Assembly: GCA_963663385.2 (NCBI GenBank)
Contig: CAXXXD010000003.1
Location: 1,248,001 to 1,312,000, forward strand
Origin: Oceanispirochaeta sp.
GTDB taxonomy: Bacteria > Spirochaetota > Spirochaetia > DSM-2461
Reading direction: 5' to 3'
DNA length: 64,000 nucleotides
This document shows positions 59,541 to 64,000 of this stretch, in pieces. Position numbers and translations under genes: made by a program. The notes beneath the pieces are model-generated. The model was given only the letters and a program-made list of their open reading frames with translations, searched no databases and had not been told where the DNA came from. The stretch's first letter is position 1. Each line of letters begins with the position of its first letter.

Positions 59541-59909
59541 TTAATTAAACCTTTTTAAAAAAGCCAGCTCTTTCTCAATCTCTCCTTCGTTGGGAGTATT
59601 CAGTTCAAGAAGCCGACGCAGGTGAATCATACTGTCCAGATCTATTTCATTAAAATAGAATCCCAGTTTTCCGCCTTCCCGATGTACAAGCATGGCAATG
59701 GTTTTTATTTCGATATCTGTTGATGCCAGTTTTATTCTCAAATCATAGGACTCTTCCATTTTTAGAGACTCGGCATCTGATTCAACAAGTAATCCCTTTA
59801 ATGAAATATTGAGTATTTTAAAAGACAGCTGGGTTTTATCTTCCAGGTTAATATAACCATGTGTTTTAAAATCAGCTCTGTAGAATTTTCTATTATCCTT
59901 TGAATCCAT
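59541..59909 (-). CDS. single-domain PilZ c-di-GMP-binding protein (MapZ/PA4608-like)
   Basis: RKFYR (RxxxR) and NISLKG (D/NxSxxG); C-terminal IDLDSMIHLRRLLELN...EKEL. Confidence 0.88.
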   Translation of the reverse strand: MDSKDNRKFYRADFKTHGYINLEDKTQLSFKILNISLKGLLVESDAESLKMEESYDLRIKLASTDIEIKTIAMLVHREGGKLGFYFNEIDLDSMIHLRRLLELNTPNEGEIEKELAFLKRFN

Positions 59910-60050
59910 ACTATCTTTTCCCCTTATGCCTTAATTATTGTTTCATTTGGATAAACTGTCAATTTATCAGGGGGGAATTTATTTCCTGTATACTATTATA
60001 GCTTTGATACTTGATCATCTGATAGAGTGACATCACTATTATCAATAATT

Positions 60051-60092
60051 AAAAGAACTTCAACAGTAACCTGCAACTGTTGAAGTTCTTTT
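60051..60092. terminator. perfect 17-bp terminator-like hairpin in a divergent intergenic region
   Basis: AAAAGAACTTCAACAGT-AACCTGCA-ACTGTTGAAGTTCTTTT. Confidence 0.6.
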
Positions 60093-60175
60093 CCATAAAT
60101 CTGCAGAATAAAACGATTCTTGCCTTATAGATGAATGTCGGTTATCATTTTGTTAACGTACACGCAAAAACGGAA

Positions 60176-61180
60176 ATGAAAATGCTGTTTTATAAAAAGA
60201 TTATAGGAGTCCTTATTCTCGTTCTTGGAATCTCCGGTATCATCATTGTAATTAAGATTTCTGATTCACGGACCAAACAGGAAGAACCTGCCAATGAAAA
60301 GCTGATTCTGGGTTTTTCCCAGATAGGCGCTGAAAGTGCATGGAGAGGGTGCAATTCCCAATCTATCAAAGCGGCGGCTGAGAATGCGGGTATTCAGCTT
60401 CTGTTTGAGAATGCCGAACAGAAGCAGGAAAACCAGATTAAGGCGATACGGTCCTTTATCGCCTATCAAGTGGATGTCATCGCCTTTGTCCCCATTGTGG
60501 CCGATGGCTGGGACAATGTGCTCAAAGAGGCGAGAAATGCCGGAATACCTGTTTTGGTGACCGACAGAAAAATAAAGACTGCTGATGAGAAGCTCTATGC
60601 GGGCTTTATCGGAACCGACAGTGAACAGGAAGGACGTGAAGGCGGTCAATTTCTTTTGAAGAAATTCCGTGAACGGCCTGACGGGAAAACAGTGAAAATC
60701 ATCGAAATCAGCGGAACCGAAGGATCTTCGGTGGCAGAAGGACGTGCCAGTGGATTCCGTCAGATAATCGGCGACGATCCCATGTTCGATATAGTCTATA
60801 GTGTCTCGGGTGATTTTCTACGTTCCAGAGGTTACGAAATTATGAGGGATATTCTGAGTGAACAACAGAGGATAGATGTTTTATATTCCCATAACGACGG
60901 AATGACCCTCGGGGCTATTGATGCCATGAAAGAAGTGGGAATCAAGCCCGGTGGGGATATCGTTATCATTACTATTGATGCAGAACAGGCAGCGATAGAC
61001 GCCCTCAAAAAGGGTGAGGTGAATTGCGTCATTGAGTGCAATCCCAAGACAGGCCCGGCGATCCTTACACTGGCGACCAAACTGGCTCAGGGAGAAATGA
61101 TTCCGCGGCTTCAGCATGTATTTGAAAAAGTCTTTACCGAATATGACGACTTATCGTCCCTTGAACCCAGGGGATACTGA
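60176..61180 (+). CDS. sugar ABC-type substrate-binding protein (YtfQ/galactofuranose-like family)
   Basis: GFSQIGAESAWR, QKQENQIKAIRSFIA, HNDGM and IECNP; N-terminal TM anchor. Confidence 0.88.
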   Translation: MKMLFYKKIIGVLILVLGISGIIIVIKISDSRTKQEEPANEKLILGFSQIGAESAWRGCNSQSIKAAAENAGIQLLFENAEQKQENQIKAIRSFIAYQVDVIAFVPIVADGWDNVLKEARNAGIPVLVTDRKIKTADEKLYAGFIGTDSEQEGREGGQFLLKKFRERPDGKTVKIIEISGTEGSSVAEGRASGFRQIIGDDPMFDIVYSVSGDFLRSRGYEIMRDILSEQQRIDVLYSHNDGMTLGAIDAMKEVGIKPGGDIVIITIDAEQAAIDALKKGEVNCVIECNPKTGPAILTLATKLAQGEMIPRLQHVFEKVFTEYDDLSSLEPRGY

Positions 61181-61181
61181 A

Positions 61182-62669
61182 GTGAAGAGACTCTTCGGCT
61201 TACAGAACCACATATTACAGAAATCCATTAAAACGTCGAGCATTCGTAAAATCACCCGTACATCCTATGCCATCATTATTATACTCATGATCATTCCACC
61301 GATCATCAGCCTGGCATCCTCATGGTTTCAGACTCTCAGGTATGACCGGATCATTACAAACGTTAGCCGGACGAACAGACTCAACCAGATTGTCAAAGCG
61401 GATATTTCCAATGAAATCTGGGACATAGTCGCTGGTAACAAGGAATTTACCGAAGGGAATCAGTACGACATCATTGAGGATATCAATTCCAGTCTCGATG
61501 AAATTTTTCAGAATACCCAATTGATTGAAAGCCGGCAGATGCTTGAAGTCGCAGGGAGGGCGATGAACACCCTGACGAAATACGTCGATATTCTGGGAAC
61601 TCAGATGAAAAATGATTATCCGGTTACCGAAAATATGAAAATTCTGGATGAAATCAGGGGAGTCGCCGGTCTCGTTCTGGAGATTTTACAGGATTTTATC
61701 GTGCTGGAAATAGAATCGGCGGCTGTTACAAATGAGCAGATAAAGCAAATCGCCGTTATTCTATCGGCGATTCAGATTGTAATCGTTCTATTTGTCATGC
61801 TGTTTTCTATTCTTGCTCAGAGATCGGTAACGGGAAATATTAATAAACCGATCCGGGACCTGGAATATCTGTCCAGTCAGATCGCAGCAGGTAATTTATC
61901 CGCCCGAGCCAGTATTCCTAATGTGAAAGAACTGGATAATCTGACTTTGAACCTGAATACTATGGCGGAAAAAATCAAGGAACTCATCGATACAAATATA
62001 CAGGAGCAGAAAAACCTGCAGAAATCGGAAATGAAGGCGCTCCAGGCGCAGATTACTCCTCACTTCCTGTACAACACCCTGGATTCGATCATCTGGCTTG
62101 CCGAAGGCAAGCAGTACGATCAGGTCATCTCAGTGACCAGGAATTTTTCCAGTTTTTTTCGAACGTCATTAAACAGGGGAAAAGAGTGGACGACAGTACA
62201 GGATGAATTAAAGCATATACGAAACTACCTGGCCATTCAGAAAATCAGGTATCGGGATATTCTCGAATTTACAATTGATTGCGATGATGCAATGGAGAAT
62301 GGGCAGATGCTGAAATTACTTCTTCAGCCCCTTGTGGAGAATGCATTATACCATGGTATAAAAAACAAACGGGGACGTGGCCAGCTGTCTGTCCGCGGAT
62401 GGCTGGAGGAGGAGTTCCTCCTGTTTACCGTGGAAGATGACGGCATCGGGATGACCGCTGAGCGCCTGGAAGATATTAAATCGCAGATTGCCAGTAATAA
62501 TGATGCGTCTAATAATAATGAGTCTACAGTAAACGATGTATACGGTTTGTATAATGTCAACAAGCGTCTTGCTTTATACTACAATGGCAAGGCGACTCTT
62601 GAAATTACCAGTGTTTATACAGAAGGTACCTCAGTCACCATCAGACTACCGGAGAATATCAATGTATAG
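61182..62669 (+). CDS. YesM/LytS-type sensor histidine kinase
   Basis: Two TM segments, HAMP, ALQAQITPHFLYNTL, LQPLVENA and VEDDGIGM; GTG at 61182 right after the SBP stop. Confidence 0.93.
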   Translation: MKRLFGLQNHILQKSIKTSSIRKITRTSYAIIIILMIIPPIISLASSWFQTLRYDRIITNVSRTNRLNQIVKADISNEIWDIVAGNKEFTEGNQYDIIEDINSSLDEIFQNTQLIESRQMLEVAGRAMNTLTKYVDILGTQMKNDYPVTENMKILDEIRGVAGLVLEILQDFIVLEIESAAVTNEQIKQIAVILSAIQIVIVLFVMLFSILAQRSVTGNINKPIRDLEYLSSQIAAGNLSARASIPNVKELDNLTLNLNTMAEKIKELIDTNIQEQKNLQKSEMKALQAQITPHFLYNTLDSIIWLAEGKQYDQVISVTRNFSSFFRTSLNRGKEWTTVQDELKHIRNYLAIQKIRYRDILEFTIDCDDAMENGQMLKLLLQPLVENALYHGIKNKRGRGQLSVRGWLEEEFLLFTVEDDGIGMTAERLEDIKSQIASNNDASNNNESTVNDVYGLYNVNKRLALYYNGKATLEITSVYTEGTSVTIRLPENINV

Positions 62670-64000
62670 TGTTTTTTTAGTTGAAGATGAGATTGTAACC
62701 CGGGAAGGTATCAGGAACAGCATCCCCTGGAAAACAACACCGTATACCCTGGCGGGAGAAGCTCCGGATGGAGAAATAGCCTTACCCGCCTTGCGGGATA
62801 TCAAACCTGATATTCTGATTACGGATATCAAAATGCCATTTATGGACGGTTTAGCCCTGGCACGCATTGTCAAAAGAGACCAGCCGTGGATCAAAATTAT
62901 CATACTGTCCGGCCATGATGAGTTCGAGTATGCCAAACAGGCTATCTCCATTGGGGTTGAAGAGTACCTCCTCAAACCTGTCTCCGTTGAAGATATGCTT
63001 TCCTCCCTGGATAAAGTGACCAGGGAAATCGAAAAAGAAAAGGTCCGCCTGGCCAGTATCGAAAACTTAAAACAGAAAATTCAATCCTCCGATGATATTC
63101 TCCGGAAAAAATGGTTATGCGATTTAATCACTGGACAGATCAACACCATAGATGCCATAGAAATCGCACAGAAATCCGATATCGATCTTATTGCCAGCGG
63201 ATATGTAATTATTGTGGTTGAAGTCTTTACCTTCTCAGAGGATTACACCCAGTTTGCCGTAGTCAAAGAGATTATTGAGACTATACTGCATAACCGAAAA
63301 GATTTCCTTTTATTTCCTCAAAGCATGGAAAAACTGATAATCCTTGCCAAAAATATATCTGAGGAGACAAAGGATGAGATCATTTACACCCTTGCCCAGG
63401 GGATAAAATTCGAGACAGAACGAAATACCCAATGCAGTCTGGCTATCGGCATAGGATCTGTCGTGAATCATATAGGAGAAATCATCCATTCCTATAGTGA
63501 TGCTGATAAAGCAATCCGTTATATGCGGCTGACGGGGAAAAAAAATATCATCAGCGCGGGTGACATGAAATGGAACAGAGCGGACGGCTCTCTACCCGCA
63601 GAAAGGGATCATTTTACAGAAAGAATCCGCTTTGCCATGCAGGAGGATATCCCGGGGATACTCACCCGGTATATAGACATCATAGGCGATAAATCGCGGG
63701 GAACTGCTCATTCAGGTTATTTTACAATCGCTTACTGTGATATTATCGACTCGGTGTGTTCCCTGATAGAGGACCTTCAGGGCAATCCCAGGAGTGTTGT
63801 TCCCGAATTTTATGATAGAAACCATATTGCCGAGCTCGGCATTTCACAGCTTCAGTTTTCAGAAAAAGCAGGAATATTGATTGAGAAATGGATTTCCTAC
63901 AGGGATTCCCAGATCCATTCGAAGCACCATTTAAGAATTCGGGAAGCCAAGAGATTTATTGACAATGAGTATCTCAGGCAGGATCTCTCGTTGTACAACG
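62662..64000 (+). CDS. YesN-type response regulator (REC plus likely AraC HTH), 3'-truncated; absent from the ORF track
   Basis: Manual translation MYSVFLVEDEIVTREG...PDILITDIKMPFMDGL...LSGHDEFEYA...YLLKP stays open to the window end, reaching AKRFIDNEY..DLSL. Confidence 0.92.
   Translation, partial: MYSVFLVEDEIVTREGIRNSIPWKTTPYTLAGEAPDGEIALPALRDIKPDILITDIKMPFMDGLALARIVKRDQPWIKIIILSGHDEFEYAKQAISIGVEEYLLKPVSVEDMLSSLDKVTREIEKEKVRLASIENLKQKIQSSDDILRKKWLCDLITGQINTIDAIEIAQKSDIDLIASGYVIIVVEVFTFSEDYTQFAVVKEIIETILHNRKDFLLFPQSMEKLIILAKNISEETKDEIIYTLAQGIKFETERNTQCSLAIGIGSVVNHIGEIIHSYSDADKAIRYMRLTGKKNIISAGDMKWNRADGSLPAERDHFTERIRFAMQEDIPGILTRYIDIIGDKSRGTAHSGYFTIAYCDIIDSVCSLIEDLQGNPRSVVPEFYDRNHIAELGISQLQFSEKAGILIEKWISYRDSQIHSKHHLRIREAKRFIDNEYLRQDLSLYN

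Noticed and set aside
1..64000. rRNA, tRNA, CRISPR arrays, prophage, transposases, defence systems, programmed frameshifts or stop-codon recoding
   Set aside because: None recognised by eye; intergenic gaps are short and the long ORFs look intact. A covariance-model scan would be needed to exclude small RNAs.

Overview
Gene-dense chromosomal window, almost entirely housekeeping and accessory protein-coding genes. It most likely comes from a free-living spirochaete (Spirochaetales). That is an inference from a P83/100-family protein, a fused pyrBI, a tandem-domain NDP kinase, a groES without groEL, and a Bat operon. About 52 CDS are supported, including metA, a UvrD/Rep helicase, gpmI, glpK, prfC, a complete moxR-DUF58-batABCDE cluster, dsbD, ndk, lysC, a JAB-DinG helicase, groES, an RpoS-like sigma factor, ppdK, an ABC-F ATPase, rex, rlmD, pyrBI, PBP1A, an M23 peptidase, a Crp pair, a PilZ protein, and a sugar-binding protein/YesM/YesN-type module that runs off the right edge. 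I found no rRNA, tRNA, CRISPR array, prophage or intact transposase, and no unmistakably new multi-gene system. The best leads are: (1) a sigma54-type -24/-12 promoter directly upstream of the RpoS-like sigma gene, suggesting an RpoN-to-RpoS cascade; (2) a glpK-GAF-HEAT operon with helically phased operator-like repeats; (3) MFS-HEAT, JAB-DinG and MBL-CNB-CNB fusion proteins; (4) a degenerate CNB-TPR protein paired with a canonical Crp next to a MapZ-like PilZ; and (5) several IS- or REP-like hairpins. All calls come from motif recognition by eye; no searches were run.
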